From IMG/VR virus record IMGVR_UViG_3300042360_000330: a stretch of DNA of 64,000 bases; one strand, 5' to 3'. Below, piece after piece: positions 9,505 through 18,528 of this stretch (the stretch's first letter is position 1; each line of letters opens with the position of its first letter). The notes beneath the pieces were generated by a model. The model was not told the DNA's origin. It worked only from the letters and a program-made list of their open reading frames with translations, and ran no database searches. A program made the translations under genes and the position numbers. This stretch comes from a virus. Taxonomy: Duplodnaviria; Heunggongvirae; Uroviricota; Caudoviricetes.

Positions 9505-10101
9505 ATGGCATATATAGAAAAAGAATTAGTATTTCAAGAAAGTAAAATATACTTCGCAGACGCTACATCACCTACTGGAGAGAAAGCAGTAATGATGGAT
9601 TGGGAAGATCCTATCATGTATGCTTCGGCACAGTACGTAGCAGAGAATGGAGGAAATATTCTAGAGATAGGATATGGTATGGGAATATCAGCAAATTACA
9701 TACAATCATTCAGACCTACCTCTCATACAGTAGTTGAAATACATCCTGAAATAGCTAGTCAAGCAAGAAGATGGTCAAAGGGAGGAGAAGGAATAACAGT
9801 TTTAGAAGGAGATTGGTATAAGATAAAAAGTCAAATAGAAGAAAGAGGTCCTTATGATGGAATCTTTTACGATGCTTATGGAGATGACAATGAAAAAAAA
9901 ATAGTAGATTTTTGTATATCGATATTAAATAAAGGAGGAAGATTTACCTTATGGAATCCGCTACCTTACCCATTCACAGGTCAGAGGAAAGTTGAAAACG
10001 AACAACTTACCTACGATATTATAGACCTATCAGGAATAAATGTACCAGATAACGATTACTTTAAACACGACGTTTACTACTTACCAAAAATACAGTTCTA
10101 A
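9505..10101 (+). CDS. Class I SAM-dependent methyltransferase, RMT2/guanidinoacetate methyltransferase-like
   Basis: VMMDWEDPIM; ILEIGYGMGISANYIQ; HTVVEIHP; LEGDW; YDGIFYD; LNKGGRFTLWN. Start moved to ATG 9505, just after the fibre stop. Confidence 0.75.
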   Translation: MAYIEKELVFQESKIYFADATSPTGEKAVMMDWEDPIMYASAQYVAENGGNILEIGYGMGISANYIQSFRPTSHTVVEIHPEIASQARRWSKGGEGITVLEGDWYKIKSQIEERGPYDGIFYDAYGDDNEKKIVDFCISILNKGGRFTLWNPLPYPFTGQRKVENEQLTYDIIDLSGINVPDNDYFKHDVYYLPKIQF

Positions 10102-10787
10102 TGCCAACAATAAATACAGCAACAAGTCAAGGAGGATACCTTATTCTGAATGCCGCCGCTTCTTTTAACATATGGGAAGACCTTATTTTAAATACTACAA
10201 ATGCCGGTACTAATGTTACAAGTCCTTCTACTATATTTTCATTAACCGGATATACATCAGCTAGAGGAGGAACATGGTTTAGTAGGAGAGGGTATTTAAC
10301 ATTTGACACATCTACAATCCCAGGAGCACTTACAGCTCTCTCGCTAAACATATATGTTGAAGCTGTATCAAATTTCCCAGATGCAATTATACAGTCCACA
10401 CCTTCTCCTAATACATCAACAGTTTTAGCTACTTCAGACTGGCAGTATGTAGACGAACAAGTTTTTTCAGATCCCTTTAGTCCTTCAGTAGGTTGGATGA
10501 ATATAGAGTTAAATGCAGCTGCAGTAACTACTGCTCAGGATGAAAATTATATCAATTTTGTGGTAAGAGACAATTACTACGACTACGACTATCTTAACAA
10601 CCTAACAGACCCAACTGTAGTAGTTTCTACAGAATATAGATATAACTACGCTAGTTTTATTCCATATCTAGATTATACAAGTTATGAATATGGACAAACA
10701 GTAAACGGAATAATTGCTGCCAATATGGCTAATGTAGACGGAGTACCAAAATTATATATAACTAGAGTATTAGGAGTATTCAATTAA
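10101..10787 (+). CDS. Putative virion (fibre-associated) protein
   Basis: RRGYLTFDTSTIPGA beta-rich pattern; translationally coupled to the upstream gene. Confidence 0.55.
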   Translation: MPTINTATSQGGYLILNAAASFNIWEDLILNTTNAGTNVTSPSTIFSLTGYTSARGGTWFSRRGYLTFDTSTIPGALTALSLNIYVEAVSNFPDAIIQSTPSPNTSTVLATSDWQYVDEQVFSDPFSPSVGWMNIELNAAAVTTAQDENYINFVVRDNYYDYDYLNNLTDPTVVVSTEYRYNYASFIPYLDYTSYEYGQTVNGIIAANMANVDGVPKLYITRVLGVFN

Positions 10788-10810
10788 AAATAAAATTAAA
10801 ACTAAATATT

Positions 10811-11131
10811 ATGATAAATTACACATGGACATTTCCCGCTTTCGATTGCGTAATCGATGAAGACGGACTACAAACAGTAGTAACAACAGTACATTGGATA
10901 CTAACAGGTACTGATGAAGACAACATATCAGCAACTATATATGGTGCTCAATCTGTTGGACAACCAAACCCAGAAGCATTTACACCATTTCCAGATATAT
11001 CAGAAGAACAAGTAATAGGATGGATGGAAAGCAGTATGGATGTAGATGCTTTAGAAGTAAATATAGCAACTCAAATTGATTTAATTAAAAACCCAGTAAC
11101 AGAAGTATTACCAGCTCCTTGGAGCAATTAA
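10811..11131 (+). CDS. Conserved small phage protein typically found after tail fibre genes
   Basis: MINYTWT...VVTTVHW...FTPFPDISEEQVIGW...LPAPW pattern. Confidence 0.6.
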   Translation: MINYTWTFPAFDCVIDEDGLQTVVTTVHWILTGTDEDNISATIYGAQSVGQPNPEAFTPFPDISEEQVIGWMESSMDVDALEVNIATQIDLIKNPVTEVLPAPWSN

Positions 11132-11142
11132 AATTAAATAAT

Positions 11143-11445
11143 ATGATACAAAAAATTCAACAAATACAACCTACCCAGGTAGGTAATAAAACAGCAGATC
11201 AGATTGTAGTAAATCTTAACACATCTGCTATGACTGAAACTCAATGTGAAATGTTTTGTTATTTAGTAGATACAACACAAACAACAAATTATGTATCTAA
11301 AAATAATACAAATGAAACTTTACCTTATACACTTTTAAAAGGTAATAAACATATACTTACAGGGAATGATCTTGATTTAGTAAAACAAGATGAAAACAAT
11401 GCTTTAAACATAGCTGCCAATATATTAAATGCAACTTTAATTTAA
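11143..11445 (+). CDS. Hypothetical protein
   Basis: Track ORF 11119..11445; ATG 11143 preferred. Confidence 0.5.
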   Translation: MIQKIQQIQPTQVGNKTADQIVVNLNTSAMTETQCEMFCYLVDTTQTTNYVSKNNTNETLPYTLLKGNKHILTGNDLDLVKQDENNALNIAANILNATLI

Positions 11446-11471
11446 TATACGCCTAGAAATAAGCATATTGT

Positions 11472-11481
11472 AATATTTATA
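11472..11481 (+). promoter_or_regulatory. Putative late promoter motif before the neck operon
   Basis: AATATTTATA in the intergenic gap. Confidence 0.5.
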
Positions 11482-11500
11482 CCCAACAATATGTAAAAAA

Positions 11501-12673
11501 ATGGCAGACATCCCAGTATATAATGGTTCATCTCAATTCTTTCCAGGAGATACAGCCTTTGGTTTCTACGATTATCAATATGATTTTCAAATAGATGCTG
11601 ATAAGATTGTAACTTTTGTTACTCAACGTTTAGGATGGCCTATAGAAGTAGTTGAATTACAACCAATTCAAATATATACTGCTTTTGAAGAAGCAGTTAC
11701 TGTGTATGGAAATGAAGTTTATCAATTTCAAATTAGAGAAAACATGCTTTCTCTTGAAGGAAACCAAACAGGTTCAGTTCCTTACAACCAACTATTATTA
11801 ACTCCTTCATTAGGAGGTGCTATTCGTATAGCAGAAAATTATGCTGAAGAAGCAGGAGTAGGGGGTAATGTAACTTGGTATAGTGGTTCTATTCTATTAG
11901 AAGGAGGTGTCCAAGAATACGACTTAAATAAGTGGGCACGCGAATCAGCTTCGCTAGCTTCTGGCGATTACATTGAAGTTAAACGCGTATTCTTTGAAGC
12001 GCCGCCAGCTGCGTTAAGATACTTTGACCCGTACGTAGGTATCGGTTATAGTTACGAAGGATTGCTAAATAGTTTTGGTTTTGGAGCATATTCTCCTGCT
12101 ATTACATTCTTATTAATGCCGTTGTTTTTTGACTTACAACGTATTCAAGCTATTAAATTAAACGATCAAATTAGAAGAGCACAATTTTCATTTGAAATCC
12201 ACAATAACCAATTAAAAATATTCCCAGTCCCATTACAAAAATATCCACTTTGGTTCCAATATATTAAAGGATCTGAAAGAGATAGCGCTATAGGTGGACG
12301 AAACTCTGAAGGTGTTCCACAAACTAATTTAATTACTAATACATCTAATGTACCTTATACAAATCCTAACTACAATTATATAAATTCTGTAGGAAGAATG
12401 TGGGTTTATCAATATACTTTAGCACTTTGTAGAGAAGTTTTAGGATATGTTCGAGGAAAATATTCAACTGTACCTATTCCTGGTTCAGAAGTAACATTAA
12501 ATCAAAATGATTTATTGACAGATGCTAGAAGTCAAAAAGAATCATTACTAGCTCAATTAAGAGAAACATTAGATCAAACAGGAAGACAAAAACAATTAGA
12601 AAAACTAGCAGCTAATTCTGAGAATTTATTAAAAGTTTTAAACGACGTTCCTATGGGACTATATATATTTTAA
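11501..12673 (+). CDS. Neck / head-tail adaptor protein (T4 gp13-like)
   Basis: RLGWPIEVVELQPIQIYTAFEEA; YTLALCREVLGYVRGKYSTVPIPGSEVTLN. Confidence 0.75.
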   Translation: MADIPVYNGSSQFFPGDTAFGFYDYQYDFQIDADKIVTFVTQRLGWPIEVVELQPIQIYTAFEEAVTVYGNEVYQFQIRENMLSLEGNQTGSVPYNQLLLTPSLGGAIRIAENYAEEAGVGGNVTWYSGSILLEGGVQEYDLNKWARESASLASGDYIEVKRVFFEAPPAALRYFDPYVGIGYSYEGLLNSFGFGAYSPAITFLLMPLFFDLQRIQAIKLNDQIRRAQFSFEIHNNQLKIFPVPLQKYPLWFQYIKGSERDSAIGGRNSEGVPQTNLITNTSNVPYTNPNYNYINSVGRMWVYQYTLALCREVLGYVRGKYSTVPIPGSEVTLNQNDLLTDARSQKESLLAQLRETLDQTGRQKQLEKLAANSENLLKVLNDVPMGLYIF

Positions 12674-12674
12674 C

Positions 12675-13007
12675 ATGGTATCTTTAGAAAAATTATTAAG
12701 TGAAGCAACATTTGAAACATTCTTCGTTCAAGTAATTATTAAAATGAAGAATGATTTTAATTTTACTGAAATTTATAATCAAGTTAGAGGTATAAGAGAT
12801 GTAATTGTTGTTAAAGTAATCGATAATGAACAATTAAATGCCGCTTCTAATGATTTGTATAATTATTCTTTATTAGAAATAAAATACATTTCTGAAGGAA
12901 ATGCAGTTGAAACGGCAAAAGGCATCAAATCAGAAGCTCTTAAAATACCAGGATTGGTAAAATTTGAGGTTAGAACAAAAACAATATTAAAAATTAGAAA
13001 TTACTAA
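12675..13007 (+). CDS. Hypothetical protein
   Basis: Coupled ORF in the neck operon. Confidence 0.6.
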   Translation: MVSLEKLLSEATFETFFVQVIIKMKNDFNFTEIYNQVRGIRDVIVVKVIDNEQLNAASNDLYNYSLLEIKYISEGNAVETAKGIKSEALKIPGLVKFEVRTKTILKIRNY

Positions 13008-13012
13008 CAACA

Positions 13013-16000
13013 ATGGCTTGTAAAAATTATAATATTAGAATTAGACAAGTAGATTTAGACAATGCTATAAACAATCCAGACCCAAATTTAGATGGAAAGG
13101 TATTTGTTAGCTTTACAGATTGTAATGGAAATCCTGAAAGTATCGCTTATTCCATAGCAGGAACATATTCTAATGCTTTTTGTGCTGATGATTCTGAAAT
13201 GATTGTTATTACTTATTCGTTTGAAGACATAGAAGTTATCACAGCTAACAGTACAGTAAACGCTGATGGGGAGTGCATTGCACCAACACCAACACCAAGT
13301 GTAACTCCAACAGTATCTATATCTCCTACACCATCTACAACACCGTTGTATCCATGTAATTGTATTAGTTTTACTAATATGTCACTATCAGAAGAAGCAT
13401 TTGTTTCATATACACGATGTGATAATGTATCATCAAATATTCTTGCTTTAGAACCTAGTGATTCTATAACATTATGTGGTAGTGATCCTGGAGTAGTAGA
13501 TGGTGATGTAGTTATTCAAATTTTAGGAAATTGTGTTGGTAGACGTTGTATTCCATTTACACCAACACCTACACCATCATTAAGTATTACTCCTAGTTTT
13601 AGTGTAACGCCAAGTAATACACCAAGTGTAACACCAAGTATTTCTATTACACCTAGTAGAACACCAAGTATTAGTATTACACCTACTATATCACCTAGTA
13701 AAACAATACCACCTACTATGACACCTACTCCAACGATTAGTGTGTCTAAAACTCCGTCTCTTACACCACTACCAAGTGTTAGTAAGACACCTAGTGTAAC
13801 GCCAAGTATTAGTATTACACCATCAAACGGAACTAGCCCTTCTCCAACACCATCTACTTCATTACCAATAGCTATACCAACTATAGCTGGTTTATGTATG
13901 AATGTTCAATTTGGAGCAGCACCATCTGTAACACCAAGTATAACACCAACTAGAACACCAAGTATAACACCAACTATTTCAGTTAGTGTAACACCAAGTA
14001 TTACTCCTTCTACTACTCCAAGTGTTACACCATCAATTACACCATCGATTACACCATCAGTTACACCAAGTAGTACTGATCCACCGCCTCCACCAAGTCT
14101 TACTCCTAGTAATACACCTAGTATATCTGTTAGTAATACACCTAGTTTAACACCAAGTAGAACACCAAGTAAAACACCAAGTATATCACGTACACCTAGT
14201 GTAACACCTAGTGTAACGCCAAGTATTACTCCAAGCAGAACACCTAGTATTTCTATTACTCCAACTCCATCTACTTCGAGACCTTGTACACCATGTGCTT
14301 TACCTGATGTTGTTATTGGAGCACAAACATGGACAGCATGTAATTTAGATGTTACTACTTATAGAAATGGTGACATAATTCCACAAGTAACTGATCTTAC
14401 TCAATGGGAAAATCTTACAACAGGGGCATGGTGTTACTATGATAATAACTCTATAAATGGTTGTACCTATAATAAATTATATAACTGGTATGCGGTGACT
14501 GATCCTCGTGGATTAGCTCCGGTTGGGTATCATGTACCAACAGAGGCTGAATTTAGAACATTAGCTAATTATTTAGGAGGTACAAATGTAGCAGGGGGTA
14601 AATTAAAATCAACAGGAACCACACTTTGGAACAGTCCTAATGCAGGTGCAACAAATGAAACAGGTTGGACTGGATTACCAGGAGGGGGGAGATCAAATGG
14701 ACAATTTAATTCAAAAGGTATATCTGGTCCTTATTGGACTTCTACACCTGATCCAAATCCAAATCCTGGGTTTACTAATTTAGCAACCTATATCGACCTA
14801 TATAGCTTCAATCAACTACTTGATTTTAAAGGCTTTAGTAAAACTAGTGGATATTATGTACGTTTAATTAAAGACGTTCCAAATCCACTTACATGTAATA
14901 CCATATTATATAAAACACAAGGAAATCAATATTATTTATATAATTTTTCAACTAATACATCTACATTATTAAATGTACCTGCTGCACCATTTGATAGTGT
15001 TGCAACTTCATTAGGTATTTCTATAGCACCACTAGCCCGTACTTCTAATAAATTATGGTCTTACACATGGAATGTTAACGGTGGAGGTTTAAATAATAAT
15101 AGTATAGTAGAATACAATACAACAAGTAACCCATTCACCGCAACTATTAACAGATATATTGCTTTACCCCAAGCACCAGAATCTACTTTTCCAGGGGGAA
15201 CAGAGTTCTATCCAGGAACTGGTTTATTTGCTATTAGTAATACAAAATTAATAGGGACTGTAAATAGAATAGGTGGTCTCCAATTACGTTCTATAGCATC
15301 GCAACAAGATGTAGTAGATAGCCCTTCAGCTAAATATGTTAATGGTGTAATGGTAGTAGAATATGATATTACATCAAATGTAGCTACTTGGACTCTTAAA
15401 GTTAAGTTACCTCCACAAGAAGATCCAGCAGGAGATTTACTATTAACTTCAGATAATAAACTTATAGTACTTACTAAATACCAAAATTATCATTTTTTAA
15501 ATCAATATAATTACAATACAGGAGTATTAGAATTTAGAAAACAAATATCACCTACTATAACAACAGATTGTGGTTTAGCTCAAGTAAATAATGAAATATA
15601 TTTAATGGGGTATAATGTGTATAAGTTTAATCCTACAACATTTGCATTAACATTAGTTCAATCACCGCAAACACAATTAGTAGCGGCTTCGCAATTAGCA
15701 AGTTGTATTAATGTAAATTTACCTACATCAAGTTGTTCTGAATGTTTAACATTACCTTTAAAACTATCAACTCCTATGAATTATAATGGAATTAATATAA
15801 TTCCTACATACACAGGACCAGTAGCTTCTGATAATTTTTTCCCATTAAGTACCTTAGGAATGCCAGTTTGTGAAGGAACTAATGTTACAACATATCCATC
15901 ATATTCTGCTTTTCTAGGAAACCTTTCTGGAGATTATACATATTCTTTAAATTTTAGCCAACCAGTAAATAATATTAAAATATCATATGGTGGAACTAAT

Positions 16001-17245
16001 AGTAATCCTAACCCAGGTGAATTATTTACTTGGAATACAAATGTAGGAGTTCCTAATATATCATTATGTAAAGGATGTTATCAAACAGTAAATGGAAATA
16101 CAGTAACCGGCTCTTCATCAGGGAATATTAATTTAGGTGAAATTCAACAAGCTGGTGGAGGAATAATAACAATATCAGCTCCATTAAATTACACAACATT
16201 AACTTTAACATCACCTGGAGGTAATCAGGGTTCAGTATTTAGTATATGCTCAGGAAGTATAATACCACAACCATCTAATGCTTTAGGATGTGTTTATATG
16301 AGTAGTTTTACAACAGGATTAACTTACTTATATAATGTTAATAATAATACATCGTCATCTGTTACTCTTCCTGTAGATCAACAACCAAATCCTAGTATTC
16401 AAGCTATTACAGATACTCATACTTCTACTAAATATTGGAGAGGTAATAGATGGGGTACTATTAAGGAATGGAATACCACTTCTACACCTAATGTGTTAGC
16501 ATTAAATAGAACAATAACAATACAAGGATTCCCGTTTCCATTTGGTAATGATCAAAAACAATGGAATAAAATGCAGGCTATAGATGATAATACATTGTTA
16601 GTTTGTGCAAACTACACTATACCTAATACCCCAGAAAATATATATTTTGGTAATTGGATAAATACTATAACATTATTTGATATAAGCAGCACTACTAATA
16701 TAGTTGGTTCTGCTCAACAAACACCATTATTTAACGTTTATGCACCTGCAGGTAATGTAGATGCACTTTTATTAACTACTAATAATAAATTAATAATCAT
16801 TGGAAGAAGAGGTAATGGAATTAATCCATTTAATTATAATAATTATTATTTATCTCAATATTCTTATCCTGATGGTGCTTTAGAATTAGAGGTAAGTTTA
16901 AATAATTATCTTCCCTCTTCAGGAGATGGAGGTACTACATACCTAGTTGCTTTATTTGAATCAGGTAATGGAAAAATTTATGCAAAAGTAGCAGCACAAA
17001 CTATTGGCGCACCAAGTATAACATATGAAGTTAATTTAAATTCTCCATATATATTTACTCAAGTTTGGAGTGGTATAGATCAACGAAATTTTTATTTTAA
17101 TTCATCAATTAACTGTAATACAGTAGCATTAAATCCAGCACCACCACCACCATCATTATCACCAACACCAACACCTAGTTTAACACCACCAGTGTCACCT
17201 AATGTAGGAGTTAATACAATTTACAAATATTTAGATATTTTATGA
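13013..17245 (+). CDS. Large mucin-like virion protein: Cys modules, TPS repeats, FISUMP (Fibrobacter major paralogous) domain and two repeated propeller-like domains
   Basis: Long TPS(V/I) tracts; IGAQTWTACNLDVTTYRNGD...GKLK...ATNETGWTGLPGG; duplicated LLLTxxNKLI...L(N/S)QYxY module. Confidence 0.75.
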   Translation: MACKNYNIRIRQVDLDNAINNPDPNLDGKVFVSFTDCNGNPESIAYSIAGTYSNAFCADDSEMIVITYSFEDIEVITANSTVNADGECIAPTPTPSVTPTVSISPTPSTTPLYPCNCISFTNMSLSEEAFVSYTRCDNVSSNILALEPSDSITLCGSDPGVVDGDVVIQILGNCVGRRCIPFTPTPTPSLSITPSFSVTPSNTPSVTPSISITPSRTPSISITPTISPSKTIPPTMTPTPTISVSKTPSLTPLPSVSKTPSVTPSISITPSNGTSPSPTPSTSLPIAIPTIAGLCMNVQFGAAPSVTPSITPTRTPSITPTISVSVTPSITPSTTPSVTPSITPSITPSVTPSSTDPPPPPSLTPSNTPSISVSNTPSLTPSRTPSKTPSISRTPSVTPSVTPSITPSRTPSISITPTPSTSRPCTPCALPDVVIGAQTWTACNLDVTTYRNGDIIPQVTDLTQWENLTTGAWCYYDNNSINGCTYNKLYNWYAVTDPRGLAPVGYHVPTEAEFRTLANYLGGTNVAGGKLKSTGTTLWNSPNAGATNETGWTGLPGGGRSNGQFNSKGISGPYWTSTPDPNPNPGFTNLATYIDLYSFNQLLDFKGFSKTSGYYVRLIKDVPNPLTCNTILYKTQGNQYYLYNFSTNTSTLLNVPAAPFDSVATSLGISIAPLARTSNKLWSYTWNVNGGGLNNNSIVEYNTTSNPFTATINRYIALPQAPESTFPGGTEFYPGTGLFAISNTKLIGTVNRIGGLQLRSIASQQDVVDSPSAKYVNGVMVVEYDITSNVATWTLKVKLPPQEDPAGDLLLTSDNKLIVLTKYQNYHFLNQYNYNTGVLEFRKQISPTITTDCGLAQVNNEIYLMGYNVYKFNPTTFALTLVQSPQTQLVAASQLASCINVNLPTSSCSECLTLPLKLSTPMNYNGINIIPTYTGPVASDNFFPLSTLGMPVCEGTNVTTYPSYSAFLGNLSGDYTYSLNFSQPVNNIKISYGGTNSNPNPGELFTWNTNVGVPNISLCKGCYQTVNGNTVTGSSSGNINLGEIQQAGGGIITISAPLNYTTLTLTSPGGNQGSVFSICSGSIIPQPSNALGCVYMSSFTTGLTYLYNVNNNTSSSVTLPVDQQPNPSIQAITDTHTSTKYWRGNRWGTIKEWNTTSTPNVLALNRTITIQGFPFPFGNDQKQWNKMQAIDDNTLLVCANYTIPNTPENIYFGNWINTITLFDISSTTNIVGSAQQTPLFNVYAPAGNVDALLLTTNNKLIIIGRRGNGINPFNYNNYYLSQYSYPDGALELEVSLNNYLPSSGDGGTTYLVALFESGNGKIYAKVAAQTIGAPSITYEVNLNSPYIFTQVWSGIDQRNFYFNSSINCNTVALNPAPPPPSLSPTPTPSLTPPVSPNVGVNTIYKYLDIL
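13560..14280 (+). repeat. Degenerate 12-bp tandem repeats encoding TPS(V/I/T)
   Basis: Recurrent acacc(a/t)agt(gt/at)a units. Confidence 0.85.
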
Positions 17246-18519
17246 TAACAAATAAAAAAATAGAAGAATTATACGAATCTACCCCAAACTATGTTGGGGT
17301 AGGTTTCGGTTTTAGACTTAAAAATAGAGAATATACAGAAGAACATGCTATTATTTTTACTGTAGATAAAAAACGTCCTATTGAAGAAATACCTGAAGAT
17401 GAATTATTACCTAAGGAAATTGAAATTGATGGTGTTATTTATAAAACCGATGTTGTTGAAATTGGAAAAATAGAATTAATGTCATGTAGTACTACTACTT
17501 TAAATACTTGCTATAATTGGAGAGCACCCTTTATATATGATGGAGTACAATATGGGTTAAATATACCACCAGGAAATAGAGGATACATTAGACCTTTAAA
17601 AGGAGGTATTTCTTCAATATCACAGAACCAATCAGGTTACATGGGTACATTAGGATTCATAGCAGTAGATAATACAAAGAATGCCTTAGTAGGAGTAACT
17701 AATAACCACGTTGTAATAGGAAATGCATTTTACACAGCATTAAGAAACGCCTCACCTGTAAATGAATATCAAGATATAGTATGGCAGCCTTCACCTTGGG
17801 AAACTAACCCGCCAAACACAAACTCAGCATATGTAATAGGAGAAGTAGCAAGATATGTTCCTATACATGCTAATGCTTATAATCAAGTAGATGGAGCATT
17901 AGTTACTATAGCACCTTCAACCGTAACTAATGCTGAATCATTTAAACAATATGGTTTAGCTTATAGTACTCCAATGCCTTTTGCTACAGCAGCAGAAATT
18001 GATCAATTGTTATACACTAATCCTCCTATATATAGTAGTGGAAGAACATCAGGAGTAAAATTTGGTGGGTTATGTGGGTTAACAACTTTTGCTTTAAATA
18101 TGACAGTACCTGTAGGATCATCAAGCCCACCACCACCATCTGGTTATAATTTAGATGGAACTAAGGTTCCTGTAACTTTTAGTAGAATTATAGGATTTAC
18201 TAGAACTAGTGTACAATGCCCTTTTCCTGTAGTAGGTGGAGACTCAGGATCAGCTTTAATAGCTGATTTTAATGGAGTTTACAAAATCATAGGGTTAGTA
18301 TTTGCTGCAAGTGAATATTATGGATTTGCTTGTAGAATAGATGAAGTAGCATCTCAATTAAATATATCAGCTTGGGATGGAACTACTAAAAACTATTTTA
18401 ATACAGGTTCAAGACAATTTAGAACAACACCGGGTGGTAGCTATGATAAAACAATAAATTGTAATGATAATATTTATTGGCAGGTAGGAACAATCAGCAA
18501 TACTAACCCTTGTAATTAA
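17242..18519 (+). CDS. Trypsin-like (S1/PA clan) serine protease with N-terminal prodomain
   Basis: GTLG...VTNNHV (His), VDGAL (Asp), GGDSGS (Ser), IIGLVFA. Confidence 0.8.
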   Translation: MITNKKIEELYESTPNYVGVGFGFRLKNREYTEEHAIIFTVDKKRPIEEIPEDELLPKEIEIDGVIYKTDVVEIGKIELMSCSTTTLNTCYNWRAPFIYDGVQYGLNIPPGNRGYIRPLKGGISSISQNQSGYMGTLGFIAVDNTKNALVGVTNNHVVIGNAFYTALRNASPVNEYQDIVWQPSPWETNPPNTNSAYVIGEVARYVPIHANAYNQVDGALVTIAPSTVTNAESFKQYGLAYSTPMPFATAAEIDQLLYTNPPIYSSGRTSGVKFGGLCGLTTFALNMTVPVGSSSPPPPSGYNLDGTKVPVTFSRIIGFTRTSVQCPFPVVGGDSGSALIADFNGVYKIIGLVFAASEYYGFACRIDEVASQLNISAWDGTTKNYFNTGSRQFRTTPGGSYDKTINCNDNIYWQVGTISNTNPCN

Positions 18520-18528
18520 AATATATAA

